DNA from: Felis catus | Taxonomy: Eukaryota | Assembly: GCF_018350175.1 (NCBI RefSeq) | Contig: NC_058368.1 | Span: 101,372,001-101,436,000, forward strand | Direction: 5' to 3' | Length of the DNA stretch: 64,000 nucleotides | Part shown: positions 41,850-54,455 of the stretch, piece after piece | Layout: each line of letters begins with the position of its first letter | Numbering within the stretch: the stretch's first letter is position 1 | Program-made: the position numbers and the translations under genes | The notes under the pieces: generated by a model | What the model saw: the letters and a program-made list of their open reading frames with translations, nothing else | What the model was told of the DNA's origin: nothing | Databases searched by the model: none

Positions 41850-42500
41850 GGTCGCGGTGGGCGGCCCACAGGCGGGGTCTGCTTGGGGGAAGAGGGACCC
41901 GGGTGAGATGCTGGAGGTCCGCGACCACCAGGAGGAGGGCTCCCTCCGGGGCTCCCACCGCCCGCCCGCGGCCCCCGACGCCGAGACCCCGTTCCTCGGC
42001 CCGGGCCCGCCGCCGCCTGCAGAGCGCCCGGCTCCCCTGCCCCGGACCGCCAGCCCGACCCTAGCCCTGCCCCGACTCCACGGAAAGGCAAAGGCCGCTC
42101 GGTCCCCCGGACTGTCTGCAGGGAGAAGCGAACCCGCCACCGGAGGACCTTTTGCCGCCTGTGTGGCCGCTTTTCAAACGCCCGGGCAGCCGCAGCGGCA
42201 GCCGCCGCGCCCCGCTTCCGCCTAGCAACCAGGCCCGCAGGCCCAGTGCAGGGAGGGCGAAAGCTGGAGGACAAAGGGTGATAGAGACCAGGGCAGTCGA
42301 GGATAGAACGCCCCTCAGCCCGCTTCGCCTCCTGCCCTTTTATGCTACGTTCCAGAGCCCTGGGGAAAGACTAGGCCATCACCTCACAGCGCCCCCTGCT
42401 AGCCGGATGGGGGAAGGCGGGCGAGTTGGCGGGGACCGACTGCGCAGGCGCACTACTGCAGCAAACGCCGCCTGCAGTGCCCCTGCGTGGAGTGTCAGTG
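41810..42500 (-). promoter_or_regulatory. CEP120: CpG island / CEP120 promoter and 5' UTR
   Basis: Very GC- and CpG-rich stretch immediately upstream of the start codon; NRF1-like TGCGCAGGCGCA at 42441-42452, ETS-like GCGGAAG abutting RFX half-site CCTAGCAAC at 42214-42229, CHR-like TTTGAA (minus) at 42173-42178. Confidence 0.88.
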
Positions 42501-43406
42501 TGGTGTAGTCTCTGCTTTTTCCCCCCAGACACACCTGGGAAATCCAGCAATAGACACTGAAAACACGCACACGCACACACAAAACCAGCTCCGTTCCGAT
42601 CCCCGGTGTCACTACTGCTTAAAAATTAGATCACAGAGTGATCTAATGAATCTCACATCATCTACTAGACGAAATTCAGACTTAAGTCTGGACTGAAAAA
42701 AATCTCTAAGTAGGACTCGCGCCGCACCGCGAGTGTTCACGTTTTGGAAACAAGTCGCGTCAATACGGTAATTACTGTAACTGCTGGAGGTGACGTAAAC
42801 TCTCCGAGAATTTCCTGTGCTTTAGAAACAAAAACACTGTCACGTGGGTAGGGGAATTAAAAGTATAGGTTCTTCGGGCCCCCTGACAACCGAGTAACTA
42901 ATTAGCACAATCAAGACCCCAATTAAAGAAGGCATTCCTCCCAACCTTCGGGCTTTATTTTAGGAAAGATGAGAAATCTTTTGGGGGTTATCTACCTTGA
43001 AAATGGACCTCGGGCGGGGTAGAGGGAGAGAACAAGGAGGAAAAACCAATCCCCCACCCCACCCCTATTTGTGCCCAAAAGGAAAGGAGAAGGATGTGGA
43101 GATCGGGCTAGACGACTTCTAAGACCCTTTTCGGTTCCCTTCAGAGCTCCTTGAAATGAGGCATTACGCAATATAAAACCAAATCATCTACTTTGGGTTC
43201 ATCACTGAACAATGCATTGTTTTGTGTAAGATGTGCATACAGAATCCAAAGTAGATACCATAATATAGTAAACCATCAAGTATCCAGAACCCAGGTTCAA
43301 CAATTATCATTTAAAGACCAATCTTCATCTGCTCTGTTAACTTGCAGGAAGCCCCTAATATCGTATCATCTCTTCGATATCTACCTGTGAAAGAGAAAGA
43401 TTTTTT

Positions 43407-43622
43407 TTTAATTTTTTTTAACGTTTTTATTTATTTTTGAGACAGAGAGAGACAGAGCATGAATGGGGGAGGGGCAGAGAGAGAAGGAGACCCAGAATCA
43501 GAAGCAGGCTCCAGGCTCTGAGCCATCAGCCCAGAGCCCGACGCGGGGCTCGAACTCACGGACCGTGAGATCGTGACCTGAGCCGAAGTTGGATGCTTAA
43601 CACTGAGCCACCCAGGCGCCCC
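43407..43622 (-). mobile_element. CanSINE (felid type)
   Basis: TSD GAGAAAGATTTTTT. Confidence 0.95.
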
Positions 43623-43634
43623 GAGAAAGATTTT

Positions 43635-43692
43635 TTAAGTAAGATTTTAAGAATCTTAAAAGACCTTTTACGATTCTTAAAATCTTACTTAA
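43635..43692. repeat. AT-rich inverted repeat, 28-bp arms, 2-nt spacer, 1 mismatch
   Basis: TTAAGTAAGATTTTAAGAATCTTAAAAG-AC-CTTTTACGATTCTTAAAATCTTACTTAA. Confidence 0.95.
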
Positions 43693-44339
43693 TTGCATTA
43701 TTTTACCTAAAAAATAAATAAAAATAATTCTCTAAAACCTTTAAGTATACACCGTTGAAATTTCCCTGATTGTCTAATAATTGTTTTCCAGTTGTTTTCT
43801 TCAAATCAGGATCCAAAGAGGTTCCAAAACACAATGTACTTGGTTGACCTGTCTTTTGCCTCATTTAATGGATAGGTCGCTCCCAATTTTTTTTTTTTTC
43901 CCCTTGAAACTCTTTATGAAATCAGTCAGTCATGTATCCTGCGGAGTTTGCCAGTCTCAATTTTGTGGATACAATACAAATGTCATTATTTTACACCCTC
44001 TATGGAGCAGTCTAATAAATATGTCTACACCGACAATACTCAAAGATCAGCAAACAGATCAACAACAGCAAGCAAAATACAAGCTTATTATGATGTAAAA
44101 CTCTCTTTAGTTTAAGCCTCAGACAAAAGGAAGCCAAAGCAATGAAACCAGTGTCTCCAAAGGAGAGAATACTCCTGGGAATCAGAATCTGGGACCTCCT
44201 TCTACGACTTACCTGCTAGGTGACCTTAGACAAGTCCCTTCACCTCTCTGAGCCCCCGCTTCAGCTCTACAATAGTAGTATACATAATTTCTTAGTTCAG
44301 GACCTAAATGTGTTAAAGGCCGTTTGGTTATCATCTTTT

Positions 44340-44575
44340 CAACGTTTTTTTTTTTTTGTTTTGTTTTGTTTTGTTTTATTTATTTTTGGGACAGAGAGAG
44401 ACAGAGCATGAACGGGGGAGGGGCAGAGAGAGAGGGAGACACAGAATCGGAAACAGGCTCCAGGCTCTGAGCCATCATCAGCCCGGAGCTCGATGCGGGG
44501 CTCGAACTCACGGACCGCGAGATCGTGACCTGGCTGAAGTCGGACGCTCAACCGACTACGCCACCCAGGCGCCCC
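44340..44575 (-). mobile_element. Young SINEC_Fc-type SINE
   Basis: TSD TGGTTATCATCTTTT. Confidence 0.95.
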
Positions 44576-46830
44576 TGGTTATCATCTTTTGATATGAGCA
44601 GTAACAGACCTTAAGTTAGTAGCTGTAGAGAGCTAGGAATTGCCATCAACATGGCCTCGTTGTTTCTGTTTTAGGATCTCCATCCAGCAGGGCTGAAAAG
44701 CTACATTGTAAGCCATCACTGGATGCCAGAGAATAATCTCAAATCAGAGAAGAAAAATCTGACAAATCATTAAAATTAACTCAGAAACTTTCACATAGTA
44801 CAATTTTCATATAGTTCCCCTTAACTGGAGTTTCCCCCTCCCCTGAACAACACGATTACTCTCAAAATCATGTCATCAGAGCTTCTGAAGTCATTGACGT
44901 AGCTGGTTCTCTCTTTACATACTGTACAAAACTAAGGACAGAAAATTCCCCATATATCCCATCCAGAAATGAAATTATAATGCGAATCCGCAGTGATAGC
45001 CTCTTCACCTGTTATTCTATCATCTGATTTTTTCATATGTGATATTCAACAGTGGTAACTTCAGTTCTGGCATAAACCCTATGTCAGCTTAAATTTACTT
45101 AGGTAAATGCTAATAGGATATAAAAATGTTGTCTAGTCGACAACATGAGATTCATTTTAAACATGCAAATGCAAATTGTCAACCTAAAAGCTTATCATAT
45201 TAGGTAGCTTTCTCTTTCTATGAATTTCCATCAAAAAAACAAACCCCAAGAAAGCAAAGTATTTTGACTCATGTTAGGTCTTTTTCTGGAGCTATTTTAC
45301 ATTTTGGAAAAACACTCTCCTTATAGTATGTCTCTATAGTTTTTACCTTTTCAGCAATATTTCTGGCCCAAGACAGGAAGGATCAGGAACTATGTTCCCC
45401 TTCCTCAGTCCTTTCCCTTGTCTTTTTCCCTTGTCACCCTACACACATGCACTCACACACACATGCGCTTAGTGCAATTCCAGACAAGCTAACAGGAGTA
45501 ACAACGTGAACACACTTATTGAATAAGTGCTATTTGTAAGAGCATGGGGCCAGACCCTGACGCTCCAGAGAGTCTTAGAAAATAGTTTCCTTCTGGCAGA
45601 GGGAGTGAGAGTGGAGGTACTAACTGGTACTCAGTGTCAAGATGACTTCCCTTCCAACTCAGCCTCTAATGTCGTTAAACTTGGCGATGAATTCAGGTGT
45701 CCTTACTCCCTTGAAGAAGGGCCACTAACACCCATGATAAGAGAGGCAGGGGAGCCCCAGAGGGAAGACCCATGCATACCAGCATTCCAAGTTTCCACCA
45801 TGTTATTAGCTTTGCGACTTGGCCAAGTCACTTTCTTCTGAGCCTCAGTTTTCCCCTCCGTGAGACAGGGTGTATTTGTGAGGATTAATTGGCATTGTTT
45901 CTGTGAAGAACTTGGGCCATAATGAAATCTCTGAATGTGGTAGCCATTTTTATTGTTCACGTGGACGGATAATTTATTCCGGTCTTCGTCATTTGTTTCT
46001 TTTTTGGTTCTTCAAAGACGACCATATTTTTTTCTTATATCCCCTCACCTTGGCCTATATTTATGTTCTAAGGGTTCTAAGGGTGATATCTGCCCCCCCC
46101 CAAAAAAATGTTTGTCTCCCTGGCTCTTGTGAAAGACCAGAAGAGAGAGTTCCAAAGTCCAACACTCCTTCAGGTCAGGCGGTGCTATTAACTAGTGACG
46201 AATGCTGGGCTGCACCAGGACAGAAGCAGAGCACTGTGGTTGTCTAAAGGGACAGCCCTTCTGTCCCCAGCTGGTTATTGCCATGCAGCAAAAGCCAGAT
46301 TTTCCAAAATTCCTTAAGAAGCTAGAATTATAGATTTTAATGTGCACGTATTTGATTTTTAAACGCTGGTTACTAATTTCAGTTAAAAACCAAAACAACA
46401 AATGGCAGCCCTTGGATATACACAATGTGGTGGACCTCACACGCTTTGGTCTCCTCAGATGCTATAAATATATTCTCATTAAAATTAAAGACATAACCCC
46501 CCCCCAAAAAAAAAACCCATAACAACACGATACAAGCCAACCAAAACTTTTTCCAGCCACACTTTAGTTACCTCTGACCTACATTCCGTAAGGTGGTTCT
46601 AATCGGCATCCCTGAAGGGCAGAGAAAGGATAGTAGAAAGGAAAAGAGAAGAGATTATCCTAAAGTGGGAAGGAGAGGGGTGAAGGACAGTGTGGTGGGG
46701 ACCCGCATTCCAACCCTTGACAGAACTTTCAGGAAGGGATTAGCAACAGGGACTAGAGCTGATGGATCCCCAGGGAACAGAGACTGTAGACCGCCGTTTG
46801 TCATACTTGGCACAAGTTTTTATGCCCCTA

Positions 46831-47035
46831 TTTTTTTTTTAATGTTTATTTATTTTTTAGAGAGAGAGACAGAGCATGAGCAGGGGAGGGGCAGAGAGAG
46901 AGGGAGATACAGAATCCGAAGCAGGCTCCGGGTCTGAGCTGGCAGCACAGAGCCTGACGCAGGGTTCAAAACCACGAGCAAGATCATGACCTGAGCTGAA
47001 GTTGGACACCCAACGGACAGCCACCCAGGCGCCCC
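46831..47035 (-). mobile_element. CanSINE
   Basis: TSD TTATGCCCCTA. Confidence 0.92.
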
Positions 47036-49451
47036 ATCTTATGCCCCTAATTTGACACAGAATCAATCAGCAAAGTCACTAGAAGAGGCCACGAAGTCTT
47101 GGATGATGGTTAGCTTATCAGTAACCCAGAGGAGCAAAACCTTGCAAACAGCCCCCCGCCCTCCCAAAATTTGCCCTGGGTAAGAACCCCAGCACCTTTG
47201 CACCACATTTTGTGTGTGCAGTGGGAGCCCCCGTGATGACTGAGATTGAACTTCTGCCTGGCCGGGGAAGCTTGAAGTAGAATTGAAGAGTCTGAAGAAA
47301 ACCCACATTTCTTGCTCTCCCTGCTTTGTGGAGTAAGCTTCATGGGGTTACTTTTGGGCTGGGATGAGCTTTGAGGCACCCAGTCATGGTGTTTGTCACA
47401 GTGGCTCTCTCCCGGAGGCAGGGTAGACAGCAGAGAGTGGGAGACCATGTCCTACTCCATAGAGACCCTTCTGGAACTGTGGGAAAGGGCTGCAGGCCAA
47501 CAGACGGTGCTGCTCAGGTTTGCTTTGAAAAGACGAGGCCATCAGTAGAGCGCTCGCTTTCCAGAGGCAGCCAACTTTGAGGGGACTTCATCCGAGGGAG
47601 TAAAGGACAGAACAGATGGTATGTGCTGGGATGAAACCCCCACCACTGTGACCCTGTGTCATTGAGAGACACTATGTGACCCTCGGGGACTTTGACTCAC
47701 CTGTTATGTAATCTCTGATGGGTGTCAATTTCTCCCTCCTCGAAAAAGCTTCCTTTTGAAACACCGAAGACAAGAGTAGAGGAAGAACTGGTATGGGCCT
47801 ACTCAGCTGTCCGGAGGAGAGATTCCCCAGGCTTCTGGGTGTTTTGGCCCACAGAAGTCTGACCCCGCCAAACCGTAAACCCAGTCTTCCGTACTATAAA
47901 ATATCTCTGGCACAGGAGTTCTATTTAATGCCGATGTTACAAGTGCATCTGAAGGGTATAAAACTATTTCCTGCCTCTCTGCCTTACAGTCACCACCAAC
48001 CACCAGAAATTACAACAGACAATAATTGCCCAACATCCCTGCCCCCCACCCTGTGGATTCAGACAAAAAAAAAAAGCTCTAAACATATGGCCTGGATTCA
48101 GGGAGACAGAAGGCTCTCTCAACTTCTCACCCACATCCCTGAGCGCTAGCCCAAGCGGCCCCCACAGCCAGCAGCTAAGCAAGCTTAGTCATGTCATTTC
48201 ACGAGTGGTCTAACGGAGCCGATATCCCTTGGCAGCTGCATAAATCACAAAACTGTCCTTCCCAAGTTACTGTATGTGTTTTTGCCACCAGCCTAGAACT
48301 TTTCATTTGCCAGAACGTGAACACTTCCAGAGAGACTCTATCCAGCAAGTGTAGCAGGTAACGGGGTGTCCAATGGGGACTTTGTTGCCTTGGAGTCGTC
48401 ACCCATGACTCACAGGATGATGAAGAGGTGTCGTGCCTCCTTTGTTCTGCAGAGCACCTGGGACAACAGAGGCCCAGACGCCTCTCCTGGCCTTTGGAGG
48501 AGGTGACCACACTGGCTCAGCATGACCATCAGTTGAGCAGTCACCTAACGCTGTGCTCAAACATGATGGGCTGAGGTGTGGCCAGTGACAGGCCGGAGGG
48601 TCTTCCCATTGGGGAGAGCGAACGTGCCCCCCTCCTCAGCCCAGGCCGAGTAACGAGGAGTAAGTCAAAAGGAACTTCCCACAGACATGGATGGTCTTTC
48701 TCATCAGCAGCTCACTGTGGCTACTCAAGTAGTTAAGTAGGAAGGAGTGAGAGAGAGAGAGAGGCTACGCGTGTATGTGTGCGCGTGGGTGTGTCAGAGA
48801 GAGAGAGAGATTAGCATTAGCAGCCGACATCATGTTTCGTTGTGGCCAAAATGCATGAGATCCCCGTAGATGAAAAGAGTATGGCAGAAGGTCATTTCTG
48901 CCGAGCCATTCTGGCGTCCAAGAGGCCAGGCCACCAGGTAAGGAGACTGCAACCTTGAGAAGCTGAGGCGTAGACTCCAGGAGGGGAACTGACCTGGTTC
49001 CAGAAGCAGTTGAGCAGGAGGAATCAAAAATGGCTGAGTTAAGGCAGGTCTTCCAGAGCACGACGCAGTGTTTTGGGAAGCTCCCCACACCACCTCGACC
49101 AACATTGCCTCTAGAAAGGATTCGCACCTAAGTCCCAGGAGAAGCAGCCGTTAGCTGGGAGCCTCTCACACGGCAGCAGAGACTGACAGATCTTGAACGG
49201 AGAAACAGCAACGGACAAGACAGGACCACACCTGCAGCCGCTAAGGTAGGGATATTTGCAGCCATTCTCCATCTTGGATCCCAACTCTTCGGAGGAGTAA
49301 GGATCTCAAAAGAAAGGGAGGAGAGAGGTGAAAAAGTGGATCCCACTTCTCTCCCCATTCAAATCCCATAGGTAGAAACTTTGCTGAACAGGAAAAATGG
49401 GAGGAGATGAGAATTCAAACAGATGTGAGTTAACATTTTTAAATGGGTTAA

Positions 49452-49660
49452 GGGGAACCTGGGCGGCTCGGTCAGTTAAGGGTCCAACTCCTGACTTTGG
49501 CTCAGGTCTTGATCTCACTGGTTTGTGAGGTCAAGCCCCACATCGGGTTCTGCACTGACAGTGAGGAGCCTGCTTGGGATTCTCTCTCTCCCTCTCTCTC
49601 TGCCCCTCGCCTGCTTGTTCTCTATGTCTCTCAAAATAAATAAAAATGAACTTGAAAAAA
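49452..49660 (+). mobile_element. CanSINE fused directly to the L1 3' end
   Basis: Full head and CT-rich segment; tail joins the L1 at about 49661. Confidence 0.92.
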
Positions 49661-50051
49661 ATTGCAGCAACATGGATGGAACTGGAGGCATTATGCTAAG
49701 TGAAATAAGTCAGTCAGAGAAAGACATATATCATATGGTTTCACTCCTATGTGGAATTCGAGAAACTTAACAGTCATGACCATATGGGAAGGGAAGAAAA
49801 AATGAGATACAAACAGAGAGGAAGGCAAACCAAAGGAGACTCTTATAGACAGAGAACAAATTCAGAGTTGATGGGGGTGGGGGTGAGGGGGCGGGAAAAA
49901 TGGATGATGGGCATTGAGGAGGCCACTTGTTGGGAGGAGCCCTGGGTGTTGTATGTAAGTGATGAATCACAGGAATCTACTCCTGAAGCCAAGAGCACAC
50001 TGTATGTTAGCTAACTTGAAAATAAATTTTTTAAAAAATAATAAATAAATA
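49661..50051 (+). mobile_element. Carnivore/felid L1 3' end (5'-truncated)
   Basis: TTGCAGCAACATGGATGGAACTGGAGGCATTATGCTAAGTGAAATAAGTCAGTCAGAGAAAGAC (ORF2 C-terminus), 3' UTR, AATAAA and A-rich tail. Confidence 0.92.
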
Positions 50052-50065
50052 AAATGGGTTAAATT

Positions 50066-50283
50066 GGGGATGCCTGGGTGGTTCACTTGGTTGAGCTTCC
50101 AACTTCTGATTTGGGCTCAGGTCATGATCCCAGGCTCATGGAACTGAGCCCTGCATTAGGCCCTGTGCTGAGCATGGAGTCTACTTGGGAATCTGTCTCT
50201 CTCTCTCTCTCTCTCTCTCCCCTCTGCCTCTCCTCCCCGCCCCCCGCTCACTCTCTCTCAAAATAAAATAAAATAAAATAAAA

Positions 50284-50322
<39 letters not shown>
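50066..50322 (+). mobile_element. CanSINE with (AAAAT)/(AAAT)n tail
   Basis: TSD GGGTTAAATT. Confidence 0.9.
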
Positions 50323-50324
<2 letters not shown>

Positions 50325-50635
50325 AAGGGTTAAATTGGTCTGAACTAATATTTTTATAGCTGGAAGTGATCAGAAAGGTATAATCAGGCTGTCGTTAAGG
50401 GGTGGGAGAAGGAGACTTAACGGAGCACAGTTGGAAGGAGTAACTGGAGAAAAATGGAACCATTTCATCTTTGTTCCTTGACCCAGACCCGAGTTCAGAC
50501 TGTTGAATAAAACAGTAATTTAATAATAATAAAAGTAGTAATTGTAATAATAATCAAATCCTATCAAGCCTTCTGAGCTTCCCAGCAACCATGTGGAGAG
50601 AAAAGCAGGTATTTCATTAAAATTGAGCACAGGAT

Positions 50636-50843
50636 GGGGCGCCTGGGTGGCGCAGTCGGTTAAGCGTCCGACTTCAGCCAGGTCACGATCTCGCGGTCCA
50701 TGAGTTCGAGCCCCGCGTCGGGCTCTGGGCTGATGGCTCAGAGCCTGGAGCCTGTTTCCGATTCTGTGTCTCCCTCTCTCTGCCCCTTCCCTGTTCATGC
50801 TCTGTCTCTCTCTGTCCCAAAAATAAATAAACGTTAAAAAAAA
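50636..50843 (+). mobile_element. Young SINEC_Fc-type SINE
   Basis: TSD AAAATTGAGCACAGGA. Confidence 0.96.
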
Positions 50844-52411
50844 AAAATTGAGCACAGGAGAAAACATGAAGTTGGATAACTTGAAACTGGATAATTGTGA
50901 AAGATCAGTTCTTTTGACAGCTTGTGTTAAGCTACTCCAGTAATTTCAAACTGGGATACACATAGGAGCCAATGGAGCTGTGGCAGGAAACTGGATTATA
51001 CCAACTTGTATGCCCTATCGTAAAGCAACCATGTTAGCCAATGGTTAAGAAATTAAAACATGAAGCTCTATGGACACAAAAGACCTTTTGCATGACTTTA
51101 AAAGAAAAAAACTTAATACTTCAAGGAAATTTGTTTGTACTACGTCATCAGCCTTTAACGTCCCCACACGCCCCATCAGTATCGACCCCGCTCTCCAGCT
51201 GAGGGATCACTGCTTGGATTTTTTTGAAAAGCTCATCACTTGCATTCTTCAACCACATCTACTTCACTATTCTCAGGGGTGGAAGGGAGAAAGATAGTAT
51301 CTAAGGGGAAGGAATGTCTTACTTCCACATAGTGCTCCCAGGGTTTGGAGAAGATTAAATTTATTTTCCTAATTATACGTTGAAGTCATTGTTATTACAA
51401 TACGGTGAATCGAGTTCTTAGGAAGGCTGACTTGGACATTCTAATTCCTCCAGATTTAAATGGTTGGATGTTCAGTTGTGAGGTCCTCTTGGGTTCATTG
51501 AGTGTGATAACAGAATGTTAGTGTACTCTATAAATTGTTACAAACGTGAACTGGTTTTTCATCATAAAATGATTCATGTCCCAGACAAGAGTTGATTTTA
51601 AGGTAAGAGTTGATTGCGGTGATTTTTTTTTTTAACTTTTGGCTAAAAATCTGCAATGTCAACATTGACTGGATTATCCTAGCATTAGCCGGAAGTATGG
51701 AATCTCCCAAAAATCAAGATAGCAAATTCCAGTAGATTGGAGAACACGTTTAATTTGTTCATTACCATACTCCTGGTGCCTAGAAGAGTGTCTTGAGTGA
51801 ATTTGTAGCAGACGCTCCATAAATTCTTGTTAAATAAATAAAGTGAAATTTACAATGCTGTTAGAACTGTATCTGCACCAAGTGATAGACAGTATTAGAG
51901 ATGAGACTTAGATACATGGAGGACAAAGGTGAATTCGTAATTCGATGCAGATTAAGAAATGTAGCTACGAAACTGTCTTGCTCAGATTGCGCTAGTCATT
52001 CTGTGATGCATTAAGAAACACTTTGCAGTCTATTTGATTTCACAAGCTTTCTAACAAAATGAGAAGTGATTTCTTGGGCTAGAGGAGAAAAGAACAATTT
52101 ACAGTGATACTTTGGGAAAAACTTGAAGGTTAAGATAAACAGATGATTTTGTAAGGATGTCAGGGATGAGAGTGGGTAGGTTAACTTAGAGAAATATGAT
52201 TATTATACTAGTGTCGAGAAGAAAAAGAGGAACAATTGAAGGAAAAAAGAGAAATAAAATATTGGACTTGTATGTTTCATTAGTGTTCTAGTTAGCAGTA
52301 CCACAGAAGTCTGATAAACAAAAATGATTGCTTTATTAGGGAGAGAGAAGGATACTTAAAATAACAAAGAGAAATAATTAAAAATCTAGACGTTTACAGA
52401 ATTTAAAGAAC

Positions 52412-52461
52412 TTTTTAAAGTTTTTATTTATTTGAGAGAGACAGAGATAGAACAGGGGAGG

Positions 52462-52495
<34 letters not shown>

Positions 52496-52621
52496 CCCAA
52501 GCAGGCTCCAGGCTACCAGCACGGAGTCTGACGTAGGGCTCGAACTCACAAACCGCAAGATCATGAACTGAGCCGAAACCAAGAGTCAGACCCTCAACTG
52601 ACTGAGCCACCCAGGCGCCCC
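52412..52621 (-). mobile_element. CanSINE
   Basis: Reverse head, (GA)n. Confidence 0.92.
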
Positions 52622-54455
52622 ATAGACTTTTACAGACTTTTGCAGAATTGAAACTGATGCTCACACATACAAAGAGGAGTATCTTCCAAATGTTTTCAAA
52701 AGTATGTGTTTGTCAGCTGTCTCTAATAATTCTTACCTAATTAACATTTGTATTAAACCACGGCATGGGATATTATAGTTTTGTCTACCATCCAGGCAGT
52801 GTGGACTGACAAACCAGGTTCTGTTATCTCCGTCAAGGAATAGGAACACACTAAAATGATGTCTATTCAGCAGGTTAAGGATAAAAAGACAATGGATTAC
52901 TTGTTCGTTATTATTTTCTTGTTGGGAATGTTAATACTATTTTGATACATTGCATCCCAAATCCTTGTTGAAATTAACAACTCATTTTGTCAAGAGCACA
53001 AGTGCCAATGAAGTACAATCTATTAATTAAGTTCCATAAGACCGGGACCTTGTTTGTTTCGCTCCGTATCCCCAGGGTCTAGAACAGGGCTTGGCACACA
53101 ATATAGGCAGTCAATGAATATTTGTTGCACAAATGGGCAACACTATGATGGATTTTAGCCAGTAGATGGGCTCTAAACCTAGGCTTGTGTGATATATTTG
53201 ACTAATGTCCTCTACCATGAATGTATAAAAATGTTAAACATTTTCTTGCAATATTCATTTCTTCAAAAGAAAATGCTACCTTATTTTTTTGTATCTAGCC
53301 AGCGGCTTTCCACTTTTGTCAAACTCTTAAACCTCAATTTTTTAAATGTAGAGATCAAAAGTTTTCAAGGACTTTCTCCTATGTCTTAATTGGGCCAAAA
53401 TAGAACCATAAGGCACCATCAGATTCCCAGGGGTTTCTTTAAATTTCAAATACCCAAGTTCACACTGCTGTCTCACTTGGAAAATATACTGCTGAACTCA
53501 ATCAGGGGGATTGAATAAATTTATCATATATCTACATTCTGTCAAATTCACTGGTGATTTTTTTTTTTTAATTAAAGTAAGCTTTCAAGTTTCAGGAAAA
53601 GTGATCAGATATTCCACTTTCTTTCCATTTGAAAAGCACCAAATGGTATAACAAACACATTGCAATGAACCCAGTTATCATCCTATCCAAATAGTTAACT
53701 TAACCACTTCTGAGACTAGTGCCTAGGGAGAGCTCATCTTACACACACGGTTGGGTTTCTTTTTCTTCTTGTCCTTTCCCTGAAGCGTTTCTGCCTAGAT
53801 CAATTAGCTTTCGCCCTACCCAGCTTGGTTCTCATGAGTATGGGTGCCCTAATGTTATCATTTTGACAGAATCCATTTAAAACAAACTACATACTTCAAT
53901 CTGATGCTGATAGTGAGACAAAATGATTCTATACATTTTTTTTCTCCCACTCCTCTCAAATTCACATTGGCTATATTCAAAGATAATAACGTTTCCAGGT
54001 ATGTTATTTATTTTGGTTAAAATTTCACTTATTGAGATATTTTGTTCACAAGTGCTACCCCCTAAAGAAAGTCTTCATGTGTTAAAATATTCTGTATTTT
54101 TGGAAACAGGACCCCCAAATAGGCTCAGATTCGCTCTTGGGACCTCATCGGAGACTGCTTTCCATTTTAAAATGTGAAATATGAACCTTCACACACAAAC
54201 AAACAAAAAAAAAATGGAGTTAATTTAATACATTTTCCCTTAATTTAAGAACTCTCTTTCAGTGTCACTATTTCTTTTTCCCACTTTCTTGTGTCAGCAA
54301 AGTGGAAATCAATTTCAACCAATTTCAATATTCAGCTAGCCTCTGCGGTCACATGCGATTATGATGTGCAGGAATGTAGGAATCTAGCAAATTAAACATA
54401 AGTAAATAATGGGGGATGGGTGGCAAAGTGCCTGTGCTTCTATAACGTACAGCAT

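Noticed and set aside
41634..42508. Several long overlapping ORFs across the CpG island, including an in-frame upstream extension of CEP120
   Set aside because: GC-rich DNA is depleted of stop codons; the in-frame extension starts at GTG, and the ATG at 41849 has an optimal Kozak context and matches the known N-terminus
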